Assembly: GCA_905480605.1 (NCBI GenBank)
Contig: CAJQRD010000020.1
Coordinates: forward strand, 1-64,000
DNA: 64,000 nt
DNA from: an uncultured Saprospiraceae bacterium
GTDB taxonomy: Bacteria > Bacteroidota > Bacteroidia > Chitinophagales > Saprospiraceae
Direction: 5' to 3'
Shown here: one piece after another, positions 35,920-45,319 of the stretch
How positions within the stretch are numbered: position 1 is the stretch's first letter
How the letters are laid out: each line of letters opens with the position of its first letter
Program-made: the position numbers and the translations under genes
The notes under the pieces: model-generated
Seen by the model: the letters and a program-made list of their open reading frames with translations, nothing else
Databases searched by the model: none
Told to the model about the DNA's origin: nothing

Positions 35920-37932
35920 TTATATATTTGAAATAATAATATCTAGTATTTTATCACCAACTTGTATTTTGTGAATAACATTCATTCCGTCAACAACTTT
36001 TCCAAAAATAGAATATTTTCCATCTAAATGTAGAGTAGGAGAGTGTGTTACAAACCACTGTGTCGATTCTGTATGCAAGCCAGCAGATGCCATTCCTACA
36101 TAGCCTTCGTCAGCGTAAGATAAAGGAGGGACGTCCGATTTGATCACATAGTCTTCTCCACCATAATTATCACCTCTAGGACTACCTGTTTGAATTACAA
36201 AATTTGGGACTACACGGTGGAAAATTTTATCGTCGTAATAATCTCTTTTTGAAAGTTCTAAGAAATTAAATACTGAGCCTGGGGCTTCATTCATATATAA
36301 TTCGATAGTAAATGCACCTTGTGTTGTTTTTACTATCACGTGCGTTTTATTGTTGTACTCATTGAGTACACTCCAGTTTGGTAACTTGCTTCCTTCCGTT
36401 TTTGTAAGTTTGGGTTTTGTAACACCTCGTAATCTTCCTATGGCACGGTCAATTGCATGGATGCTTTCTATTTGCGCTGGGTTACTCAATGATGATTTGG
36501 CTTCAAATAAAAACTCAGTGCTGTCGATCAGGTCAGTTAGAAATGTATTTGGATTAGCAATAGCATCAGCTGCTGCGCCAACCATTCCTTCATCTTTTGT
36601 TGTAAGAGCTGTTTGTAAAACTTCCAATATTTTTCTTCTATGAAATCTTGAATATCCTTGAAAGGTTCCATTAAAATTATCACTTGCTAGGATTTGACCT
36701 AACGTTTCGATTATAGCGGTATTTGTTAGGGTATTGTTGTTTTCTTCAGCAAATTTCAGCAGGTATTGGTAGCTCCCAGGATCGTTACCTAATGATCTGA
36801 TATAGTGAGCTAGGGCAAGTGTATCTTCTTCGCTTTCAATTAACTTTTGAATGTGCCAACGTGTAGCATTTACAGTCTTTGAATAATAATATGGAAGTAA
36901 GTTATTTATAGTTGTATATAAATCTGCTTTTACTTGCCATGGTAAAGAATCCTTTGCAATTTGGCGGTATACCAGGACATCTTCTTTGATTCCTTTTTGA
37001 TCTAAAAATGCTACAGCAGAACGTGCAATATGAATGTTTTTATCCTTGATTAATCCTGTAATCTTCTCGGCAGAATTTATATAATCATAATTGCTTAAAG
37101 TTCTTATAATATTGCACTTGATTCGGTAGTCTTGATCTAGTTCAAGTTGATTTAAAAGTGTTGTTTGGATTTCTTTATCTGAGGTATGTCTTAATGCAGA
37201 TGCCAATGCCATTTTAATATTTACATTATTTTCATCTACAAAAGCTTCAGCAATTTGGAATTTTACTTTTTCGATATCAAGGTCATTCGCTCTGGCTAAA
37301 TAATTGGCAGCAAATAATCTGGTTGTATTATCATATTTGTAATTTCTTACGCTCTTTACTGCAAGGTCTGTAACCGTAGGACTCGTGATTCCACGCAAAG
37401 CATATCTATATAGACTTTTCGCTCTTCCTTGTAATAAGAGAGTGTCATTATCTCTGTATCCTTCGGCATTAACCATAAAGTCTGCTAAATTCTTATTGCC
37501 TAATTTCCCTATAGCTTCTAGAATGGCTCCATTTGCTGAATTGTCAACTGACATTGTATCTCTTTGTCTGAACCCTGCAAGTAGATCTTTTTCGCTGTTA
37601 TTTTTTCCAATCTGACCAATACTATAGGCAGCCATTGATCTGACCTTTAAAACTGGATCGTCGAGTAATACATTGAGGCTATCCAATGCTTTTTCTTCTT
37701 GAAATGAGGCAAATGCTCTAGCCGCCAAATAACGATAAGTTGGATTTTCATCATTGAAATACTTCAAAATGCTGTCCAATTCTTCCTTATATTGATGATC
37801 CATTATTGATTGAAATATTGGATCCGATACGTTAATATCTACCTCAGTAAGTATCTTTTTTGACTCTGGAACACATGCGAATATGGTTATTGCAAGAATA
37901 ACAAGAAGGCTAAAGTGTCTTTTTCCCATCAA
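35920..37932 (-). CDS. secreted HEAT-repeat protein fused to a C-terminal cyclophilin-type peptidyl-prolyl isomerase
   Basis: Signal peptide, about 480 aa of HEAT/ARM-like repeats, then a cyclophilin domain (FHRVVPNFVIQTGSPRGD...GKYSIFGKVVDGMNVIHKI). Confidence 0.8.
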   Translation of the reverse strand: MMGKRHFSLLVILAITIFACVPESKKILTEVDINVSDPIFQSIMDHQYKEELDSILKYFNDENPTYRYLAARAFASFQEEKALDSLNVLLDDPVLKVRSMAAYSIGQIGKNNSEKDLLAGFRQRDTMSVDNSANGAILEAIGKLGNKNLADFMVNAEGYRDNDTLLLQGRAKSLYRYALRGITSPTVTDLAVKSVRNYKYDNTTRLFAANYLARANDLDIEKVKFQIAEAFVDENNVNIKMALASALRHTSDKEIQTTLLNQLELDQDYRIKCNIIRTLSNYDYINSAEKITGLIKDKNIHIARSAVAFLDQKGIKEDVLVYRQIAKDSLPWQVKADLYTTINNLLPYYYSKTVNATRWHIQKLIESEEDTLALAHYIRSLGNDPGSYQYLLKFAEENNNTLTNTAIIETLGQILASDNFNGTFQGYSRFHRRKILEVLQTALTTKDEGMVGAAADAIANPNTFLTDLIDSTEFLFEAKSSLSNPAQIESIHAIDRAIGRLRGVTKPKLTKTEGSKLPNWSVLNEYNNKTHVIVKTTQGAFTIELYMNEAPGSVFNFLELSKRDYYDDKIFHRVVPNFVIQTGSPRGDNYGGEDYVIKSDVPPLSYADEGYVGMASAGLHTESTQWFVTHSPTLHLDGKYSIFGKVVDGMNVIHKIQVGDKILDIIISNI

Positions 37933-38038
37933 CTTTATAATTGTTTTGCTACCAAAAGTATTTCAATTCGGTAATAAAGTAGTAAATTTAGTTACTTGTT
38001 TTTATTAAAATTAAAATTCAAATTTAAAAAATACACTT

Positions 38039-39499
38039 ATGAAAAGATTTTTTACACTATTTATCATTCTTTTATCTATAAATCTGGCAGATGCGCAGAG
38101 ACTTGTTGATATGGAATTAAAGGCTTCTTTGCCTGCATCAAGTGTTTCAGCACTTATTGGTGGTCTTTCTGTGCCTTATGGAGTTGATCTATATAAAGTT
38201 AGATATATGACACCAGATACTGAGGGGAATGATCATATTGCTTCTGGCTTATTGTGCATTCCCAATGATCCAACATTTACATATCCTATGGCAATTTACC
38301 AACACGGAACAGTGGCAGATAGAGATGATGTACCATCTAATTTAATGGGCGGTTTTCAATTGGCTATGGTGTTTTCAGCATTTGGATATGTCGTTTGTGC
38401 TCCTGATTATATTGGACTTGGTGATTCTCCAGGCGTTCATCCTTATGTCCACGCACAAACAGAAGCTTCCGCAGCTATTGATATGCTAAGGGTGGCAAGA
38501 GAATTAGATGATGATGACTCTTTTGCTGGATTGGCGCTTAATGATCAATTGTTTATCTCTGGATACTCACAAGGAGGACATGCCGCAATGGCAGCGCATA
38601 GAGAATTGGAAACTAACTTATCAAATGAATTTACTGTTACAGCTGCTGCTCCAATGTCAGGTCCTTACAGTATTTCAGAGAAAATGATAGATTTTACATT
38701 AGGGGAAGAAGAGTATGGTACAGTTGCTTATTTGGCATGGTCAAATATTGGTTTTAAAAGAGCTTATCCTGAATTGTTGAAAGACTTCGAACTGGAAGAC
38801 GTATTCAAAGCTGAGTATTTAGGTGATATTCTAGAGTTTGAAAGTGAGGCAATTGATTTATGGGAATTGAATGACAGACTTATTGCTACTTTGGTCGCTA
38901 CAGTTGGATCGTCAGTGCCAAAGAATATGTTGAAAGATGAAGTGTTGAATAGTATTTTAACTGACCCTGACTATCCACTTTCTGTGGCTTTGGCTGATAA
39001 TGACACATATGATTGGGCCCCACAAGCGCCAACAAATCTTTATTACTGTGAAGGTGATGATCAAGTAACTTTTGAAAATGCAATTTTGGCCAGTCAGGTT
39101 ATGAATGACAATGGTGCAGCTGAGGTAAATGCGGTTAGATTAGATAAAGATGCATCGCCTGAGGATCATGGAGGATGTGTTTTTCCAGCAGCACTTTCAG
39201 CAGTTTCATTTTTTGGTACATTCCAGGAGCTTTTATCTTCGAATGAGGCCGTGAGTTTTGACCCTAATTCCAAAGTATATTATGCCAACAATCATTTAAA
39301 CGTTAACATTCCAAATGAGAGAACCGGCGACTATAACCTTATTACTATTTATAATCAAACAGGTATGAAGGTTTGGGAACAAAGAGCTCAAAAAGGACTA
39401 AGCAGTTATAACATTGGCCATTTGACAGATGGTATGTATGTGGTTACTTTAAGAGATAGCGATCAGTTGTATAAAACTGAAAAGTTGATCAAATTTTAA
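38039..39499 (+). CDS. secreted alpha/beta-hydrolase lipase with a C-terminal T9SS sorting domain
   Basis: Signal peptide; GYSQGGH nucleophile elbow; C-terminal ~80 aa (YYANNHLNVNIPNE...YNLITIYNQTGMKVWEQ...GMYVVTLRDSDQLYKTEKLIKF) typical of Por/T9SS CTDs. Confidence 0.7.
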   Translation: MKRFFTLFIILLSINLADAQRLVDMELKASLPASSVSALIGGLSVPYGVDLYKVRYMTPDTEGNDHIASGLLCIPNDPTFTYPMAIYQHGTVADRDDVPSNLMGGFQLAMVFSAFGYVVCAPDYIGLGDSPGVHPYVHAQTEASAAIDMLRVARELDDDDSFAGLALNDQLFISGYSQGGHAAMAAHRELETNLSNEFTVTAAAPMSGPYSISEKMIDFTLGEEEYGTVAYLAWSNIGFKRAYPELLKDFELEDVFKAEYLGDILEFESEAIDLWELNDRLIATLVATVGSSVPKNMLKDEVLNSILTDPDYPLSVALADNDTYDWAPQAPTNLYYCEGDDQVTFENAILASQVMNDNGAAEVNAVRLDKDASPEDHGGCVFPAALSAVSFFGTFQELLSSNEAVSFDPNSKVYYANNHLNVNIPNERTGDYNLITIYNQTGMKVWEQRAQKGLSSYNIGHLTDGMYVVTLRDSDQLYKTEKLIKF

Positions 39500-39737
39500 A
39501 TGAATTGTTAATGAGATAAACTTTTTATCGACTTTATCCTTAGATATATATTATGAAGTGATTTTTTGCCCTAAATAGGTAGATATATGGTATTAAATCA
39601 CTTCATTTTATATTTTCCATAGAATAAACTACGTTTATGACTTGGATTCTTAATTTTGTTATACATTTTAACAGTGTTGGAATGAATTTAGTCTTTCAAG
39701 CACTGCTAGAATAACAATTTGTTAGCTATTAAAATAA

Positions 39738-40706
39738 ATGAATTTGAATTACAATAACGATCAAGAGGCGGTAGACGGATTAGCAAATGCATATTCGAAG
39801 TTAAAATCAGAAATTGGAAAGGTTATAGTTGGACAAGACGAAGTTGTTAAAACAGTCTTAACTTCTTTGTTTAGTAATGGTCATAGTTTATTAGTAGGTG
39901 TTCCTGGATTGGCAAAGACTTTATTGATCAGCACAATTTCAGAAGTTTTAGATTTAGAATTTAAAAGAATTCAATTTACTCCAGATTTGATGCCATCTGA
40001 TATTATCGGAGCTGAAATATTAGATGAGAGCCGATCTTTTAAATTTAATAAAGGTCCTTTGTTTTCAAATATTGTTTTGGCAGATGAGATTAACCGTACT
40101 CCTCCTAAGACACAAGCGGCACTTCTTGAAGCGATGCAAGAAAAGTCTGTTACGATTAGTGGTGTAAGACATGTTTTGCCTAAACCATTTTTTGTTTTGG
40201 CGACACAAAACCCAATTGAGCAGGAAGGAACTTATCCTTTACCAGAAGCACAGTTGGATAGATTCATGTTTAATATTCCATTGGATTATCCTTCTTATGA
40301 TGAAGAGATTCAAGTTGTGAAAACAACGACAACAAATAGCAAAGTAGCATTGGACAATATATTAACGGGTGATCAAATATTATACTTTCAGGAATTGATA
40401 AGAAAGATTCCTATTGCTGATAACGTTTTGGAATATGCTGTTTCTTTAGCTACGAAAACAAGACCCAATACACCAAGAGCTACGGATGAGGTTAATAATT
40501 ATATTTCTTGGGGCGCAGGTCCTAGAGCTTCTCAATATTTAGTATTGGGTGCAAAAGCCAATGCTGCTATTCAAGGTAAGTATTCACCTGATATTGATGA
40601 TGTAAAAGCAATTGCTAATTATGTTTTAAGACATAGAATTGTAAGAAATTATAAGGCAGAAGCTGAAGGAATTACAGAAGAGCATATCATTGAGGGATTG
40701 CTGTAA
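39738..40706 (+). CDS. MoxR-family AAA+ ATPase
   Basis: Walker A GVPGLAKT, Walker B VLADEINR, and MoxR-specific regions. Confidence 0.9.
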   Translation: MNLNYNNDQEAVDGLANAYSKLKSEIGKVIVGQDEVVKTVLTSLFSNGHSLLVGVPGLAKTLLISTISEVLDLEFKRIQFTPDLMPSDIIGAEILDESRSFKFNKGPLFSNIVLADEINRTPPKTQAALLEAMQEKSVTISGVRHVLPKPFFVLATQNPIEQEGTYPLPEAQLDRFMFNIPLDYPSYDEEIQVVKTTTTNSKVALDNILTGDQILYFQELIRKIPIADNVLEYAVSLATKTRPNTPRATDEVNNYISWGAGPRASQYLVLGAKANAAIQGKYSPDIDDVKAIANYVLRHRIVRNYKAEAEGITEEHIIEGLL

Positions 40707-40744
40707 AAAGTAATTAACGAAGAATAATTAATAAGGAATAATTG

Positions 40745-40774
40745 AGCTTAGGGTAATACCCTAAGCTTTTTTTG
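40745..40774. terminator. Bidirectional terminator-like hairpin (AGCTTAGGG-taata-CCCTAAGCT + T7) between convergent moxR and PBP1A
   Basis: Read directly. Confidence 0.55.
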
Positions 40775-40832
40775 TGGATAATTATTAAGATGAAAGATAA
40801 GAAGGTAAATGTTTCTGGTGTGAGGGCTTAAT

Positions 40833-43358
40833 TCACTGCTGAAACTCTTCATCATCAAAATCATCATTGAATTCTTTGTTCTTTTTGGCTTTGTCCATTT
40901 CTACCTTGGAAGGTAATTTTTCTTTGTCATATAGTTCGCAATCCAACACCACCAATTCTACGTCCGGTATAAAGAACTCTTTATTTGTATCAATCAGATT
41001 ATCGTTTTCTAACCTTTTCATGAAGTCCCAATAAAATGGTCTTGCCATTGCGCCACCAGATCCGTCAGTTAATGCGAGGAACCTGATCCAACTGTTTTCT
41101 CCGCCTACCCAAGTACCAATAACCAACTCTGCTGAAACACCCATAAACCAACCATCTCTATAGTCATTGGTTGTTCCTGTTTTACCACCATATTGAGATT
41201 GTAATCTCCAATCATGAATCTTAAGATTATTTTCTAGAAGTTTCATCATTGCATAATTGTACTTTTCACTCAGCACGCGTTTTTGTTCTGGGATATTGCT
41301 GTAGATAACTTTGCCTTCTGCATTCTCAATCTTGGTAATAAAACTGGGTTCATTGAATACGCCATTGTTGGCAAATGCGCCGTACGCTCCTGTTAATTCC
41401 AAAACATTTATTTCTGGAGTACCTAGAATTATTGAGGGTTGCAACGGAATTTTTTTATTTGAAATTCCCATATCAGCTGCCAATTTTTTCACCAGTTCGA
41501 CTCCTCCTAATTGTTTGAGTAACCAAACAGAGATTGAATTTCTGGATTGCCTTAATCCTTCTTTCAATGTCATTTCTACTCCGGTATGTTTTCCGTCTGC
41601 ATTGTCTGGGCTCCATGTTTTTAAAAGCCCCATATCTCCTGCAGGAATTTCATGTCTTATATCTCTGACAGATGTGCACGGTAACATGCCCTTGTGAGAA
41701 ATGGCAGTGGCGTACAAAAAAGGTTTAAATGTCGAGCCAACTTGATTATCTTTTAAAACATGATCAATTTTAAAGTATTCATTTCCAATACCGCCAACCC
41801 ATGTTTTGATTTGACCTGTTTTGGGATCTAGTGATATCGATGCCAGTTGTAAGTGCTCCATATGATACTTGATAGAATCCAATGGCGTCATTGTTACCAA
41901 TTTGTCACCAGTTTCAGTATATGCAAACACTTTCATTTTAACAGGCTTATTGAAAACCTCATTTGTTTTTGCTTGTAGTGCTTTTCTATTTGATTTTAAA
42001 GTTTTCCAAAGGTCATCTTTCAGAATATCTCTATAGGTTTTAGCACGTTCCGAACTGATTTGATTATCCCTTATGAGTTGTTTTAAATATCCAGGTTTGG
42101 CTTCTTCTTTCAACATACGGATGATGTCACTGTCAAGGAATCTTGCCTTTGGATATTTCTTCGTTAGCTTATTGGTGACTTTCGAGTAATAGGCGTTGCG
42201 CAAACTTTTGTAACGCTCAGTGGTCTTCATTGTATTGTTGAGAAAGTCCTTTCTGAATTTGATATTTTTTTTCTTGTCCTCTCCTTTAGCAGTGTAAGTC
42301 CAAGGATCTCTTGACTTCCAAACATTGTTGAAATATTTATCCTGAATGCTACGCATGTGATTTTTCATTGCCGCTTCAGCATGTATTTGCATATCATAAT
42401 TGATAGTTGTATATATTTTCAAACCATCTTTATAGATATTGTATTTAGTCCCGTCGGGCTTAAGGTATTTGTCTTGTTCTAAAAGCCTACTTAGGTATTT
42501 TTTAAGCGTGCTTTTAAAGTAAGGTGCGGCACCATCTGAGTCCAATGGTTTTTTGAAATTGGACATATCAATAGGTAAAACTGAAAGTTTTTTGTAGGAT
42601 GTGTCTTTGATGTAATTACTGCGTACCATTTGCTTTAATACAACATTTCGACGTAAAAGCGCTCGTTCAGGATTGATCTTAGGATTATAGAGCCTGGGGC
42701 TTTTAAACATTCCAACCAATATAGCAGCTTCATCAATTGTTAAGTCTTTTTGGTTTTTGCCAAAATAATTTTTAGCAGCTGCTCCAACACCAAATGATTG
42801 ATATAGGAATTCGTACTTGTTGAAGTACATGGCAATTATTTCCTCCTTTGTGTATCTTTTTTCAAATTGTGCAGCAATAACCCATTCTTGCAGTTTCTCC
42901 CAAATTCTTTTGATAAAGTTTTTTGAACCACCGGTAAAAAATTGCTTTGCCAATTGTTGGGTGATCGTACTTCCACCGCCTTTTCGAGACATATTGGCTA
43001 CAGCCCTAAGTGTTCCTCTTGCATCAATTCCTGAATGTCCAAAAAATCTTTCATCCTCAGTGGCTATCAAAGCTTTTACCAATGCAGGGTTAAGATCTTC
43101 ATATTGAATAATATCTCTGTTTTTTGAATAAACTCTGCCAATTTCTCGAAGATCATCAGAATATATAATCGTAGAAGCTGAGAGGTCTGGGTTTTCCAAT
43201 TCTTCAGTATCAGGCAATTTTGTATAAGAAATCATGACAAAAACTGCAGCAGCAAACAACATACCTGTAATTAACAAAAACCATAGCCATTTGACAGCAC
43301 TTCCAACATTGTAGTCTCTATCTAGGAAAGAGGTAGTTTGTTTCTTTTTTCTACTCAT
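40833..43358 (-). CDS. mrcA: penicillin-binding protein 1A (bifunctional transglycosylase/transpeptidase)
   Basis: GT51 motifs (EDERFFGHSGID, GGSTITQQLAK) and transpeptidase motifs (STFKPF, KTGTT). Confidence 0.9.
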   Translation of the reverse strand: MSRKKKQTTSFLDRDYNVGSAVKWLWFLLITGMLFAAAVFVMISYTKLPDTEELENPDLSASTIIYSDDLREIGRVYSKNRDIIQYEDLNPALVKALIATEDERFFGHSGIDARGTLRAVANMSRKGGGSTITQQLAKQFFTGGSKNFIKRIWEKLQEWVIAAQFEKRYTKEEIIAMYFNKYEFLYQSFGVGAAAKNYFGKNQKDLTIDEAAILVGMFKSPRLYNPKINPERALLRRNVVLKQMVRSNYIKDTSYKKLSVLPIDMSNFKKPLDSDGAAPYFKSTLKKYLSRLLEQDKYLKPDGTKYNIYKDGLKIYTTINYDMQIHAEAAMKNHMRSIQDKYFNNVWKSRDPWTYTAKGEDKKKNIKFRKDFLNNTMKTTERYKSLRNAYYSKVTNKLTKKYPKARFLDSDIIRMLKEEAKPGYLKQLIRDNQISSERAKTYRDILKDDLWKTLKSNRKALQAKTNEVFNKPVKMKVFAYTETGDKLVTMTPLDSIKYHMEHLQLASISLDPKTGQIKTWVGGIGNEYFKIDHVLKDNQVGSTFKPFLYATAISHKGMLPCTSVRDIRHEIPAGDMGLLKTWSPDNADGKHTGVEMTLKEGLRQSRNSISVWLLKQLGGVELVKKLAADMGISNKKIPLQPSIILGTPEINVLELTGAYGAFANNGVFNEPSFITKIENAEGKVIYSNIPEQKRVLSEKYNYAMMKLLENNLKIHDWRLQSQYGGKTGTTNDYRDGWFMGVSAELVIGTWVGGENSWIRFLALTDGSGGAMARPFYWDFMKRLENDNLIDTNKEFFIPDVELVVLDCELYDKEKLPSKVEMDKAKKNKEFNDDFDDEEFQQ

Positions 43359-43642
43359 AATTTACCTTCATAATAGGTTTGAACCGATTAATGTGCAAAA
43401 ATACAAATTATAAATATATGTAATATAAAAATTGCTATAAATCAGCTAATTAGATTTGAAAATCTAATTAATAATAATAGACTGTGATATCTTTTTGAAG
43501 GATTTTATGTGAGATTTTACAAATATATCTAGACGGTATTGAAGACTAAACGTAAATTTAAATATGTTTATTGTGTGAAATTGAGATTTATTTTCACTCT
43601 ATGAGATTTAAAAGGTTGGAAATAAGCGTTTGTAAACGTTTG

Positions 43643-43682
43643 TTTAGGACATGGCATGTCTTAAGACATGCCATGTCCTAAA
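43643..43682. repeat. Perfect 40-bp palindrome TTTAGGACATGGCATGTCTT|AAGACATGCCATGTCCTAAA downstream of pepD
   Basis: Read directly; it may act as a terminator for pepD. Confidence 0.6.
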
Positions 43683-43746
43683 TCTCAACAAGATTCTATT
43701 TTTTTACGTACAGTATTCTAAAGTGAGTATACTGGTTCGCATTTAA

Positions 43747-45207
43747 TTACGCAACCGGAATCTTTTCTAAAGTCTCCAACAAGTAACTCCAGTATTTTTG
43801 TACAGAACTGATTTGAACTTTTTCATCTGGAGAATGAGCGCCTCTAATGTTTGGTCCAAAAGAAATCATATCCATGTCAGGGTAATTCGTTCCTAGAATT
43901 CCACATTCTAATCCTGCGTGACAAGCATTTACATGAGGTTCTTCATTAAATTTACTTACATAAATATCTCTCATTAATTTGATAATTGCAGCTTCCGGTT
44001 TGGGTTGCCATCCTGGATAGTCGCCACTTAATGTAACAGTTGCATCAAGCAATTCAAAGCATGCCGTTAAAGAATTTGCTAAATCTATTTTTTCTGTTTC
44101 TACTGAGCTTCTTGTCAAGCAAAGAATTTCGTATTCTCCATTTCTTACTAAAACTCGTGCAAGATTATTTGATGTTTGTACAAGTCCTTTAATATCTGGA
44201 CTCATTCTGTAGATACCATTAGGACTGGCATAAATCGATCTCATCAATTTGAAGGCAAAATTTTGGTCCATACAAAACTCAGAAGTTTTGACTTCTCTAA
44301 TTGAGATTTCCAAATCTGGATCTGTTGTGACATATTCTGCTTTAAAAATTACTTCAAGTTCGGCTAGCACTTTGTTTAGTTTCTCAAGTTCATTCCCACT
44401 TAAATTGACAACAGAAAATGATTCTCTTGGAATTGCATTTCTAAGACCACCACCGTTAATCGTAGAAATTGAAAGTTTTGTTTTCTTACTGATTGTCAAC
44501 AGCAATCTGTTCATTAATTTGTTGGCATTTCCTTTACCCAAGTGAATTTCCATTCCTGAATGTCCACCTGATAATCCTGTGATATCTATTTTATATGATT
44601 TGAATTCCTTTGGAACGGGATTGAGTTCATATTTTCCAACAGCTGTAATATCTGTTCCACCTGCACAACCAATAGTCAATTCGTTGTCATCTTCAGTATC
44701 TAAATTAAGCATTATTGTTCCAGTTAATAGCCCGCCTTTCAATTCTAAAGCCCCAGTCATTCCTGTTTCTTCATCTATAGTAAACAATGCTTCAAGCGGT
44801 GGGTGGGCAATGTCAGTAGACTCTAGTAGTGCCATGATTGTAGCTACGCCAATACCATTGTCTGCACCTAAAGTTGTGCCTTCAGCTTTTACCCAATCGC
44901 CATCTATTATCATTTTGATACCTTCTTTATCAAAGTTGAATTCAGTATCACTGTTTTTTTGGTGAACCATATCCAAGTGGCTTTGAAGTACAACAGTTTG
45001 CCTGTTCTCCATACCTTCAGTGGCTGGTTTAGTAATTATAACATTGCCAATATGGTCCTTAATTGTTTTAAGACCTAAAGCGTTACCAAAGTCCAACATA
45101 AACTGAATGACACGCTTTTCTTTTTTAGAAGCACGAGGTACCTCATTTAGTTTTGAAAAATTAGACCATAAAGATTCTGGAGTCAAAGCTGAAATTTCTG
45201 GATTCAT
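43747..45207 (-). CDS. pepD: aminoacyl-histidine dipeptidase (Xaa-His dipeptidase, M20 family)
   Basis: The PepD signature N-terminal region (LWSNFSKLNEVPRASKKEKRVIQFM), metal-ligand motifs, and 486 aa length. Confidence 0.88.
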   Translation of the reverse strand: MNPEISALTPESLWSNFSKLNEVPRASKKEKRVIQFMLDFGNALGLKTIKDHIGNVIITKPATEGMENRQTVVLQSHLDMVHQKNSDTEFNFDKEGIKMIIDGDWVKAEGTTLGADNGIGVATIMALLESTDIAHPPLEALFTIDEETGMTGALELKGGLLTGTIMLNLDTEDDNELTIGCAGGTDITAVGKYELNPVPKEFKSYKIDITGLSGGHSGMEIHLGKGNANKLMNRLLLTISKKTKLSISTINGGGLRNAIPRESFSVVNLSGNELEKLNKVLAELEVIFKAEYVTTDPDLEISIREVKTSEFCMDQNFAFKLMRSIYASPNGIYRMSPDIKGLVQTSNNLARVLVRNGEYEILCLTRSSVETEKIDLANSLTACFELLDATVTLSGDYPGWQPKPEAAIIKLMRDIYVSKFNEEPHVNACHAGLECGILGTNYPDMDMISFGPNIRGAHSPDEKVQISSVQKYWSYLLETLEKIPVA

Positions 45208-45319
45208 TACATTTTGTTTTGAGGTGCAAATATCGCATTCCTAAGCTTAATCTCCTAGGGAGTTAATTTTTATTCTTTTGAGTGTCAGCTTTCTTATATT
45301 TGCTGACTACAAATATATT

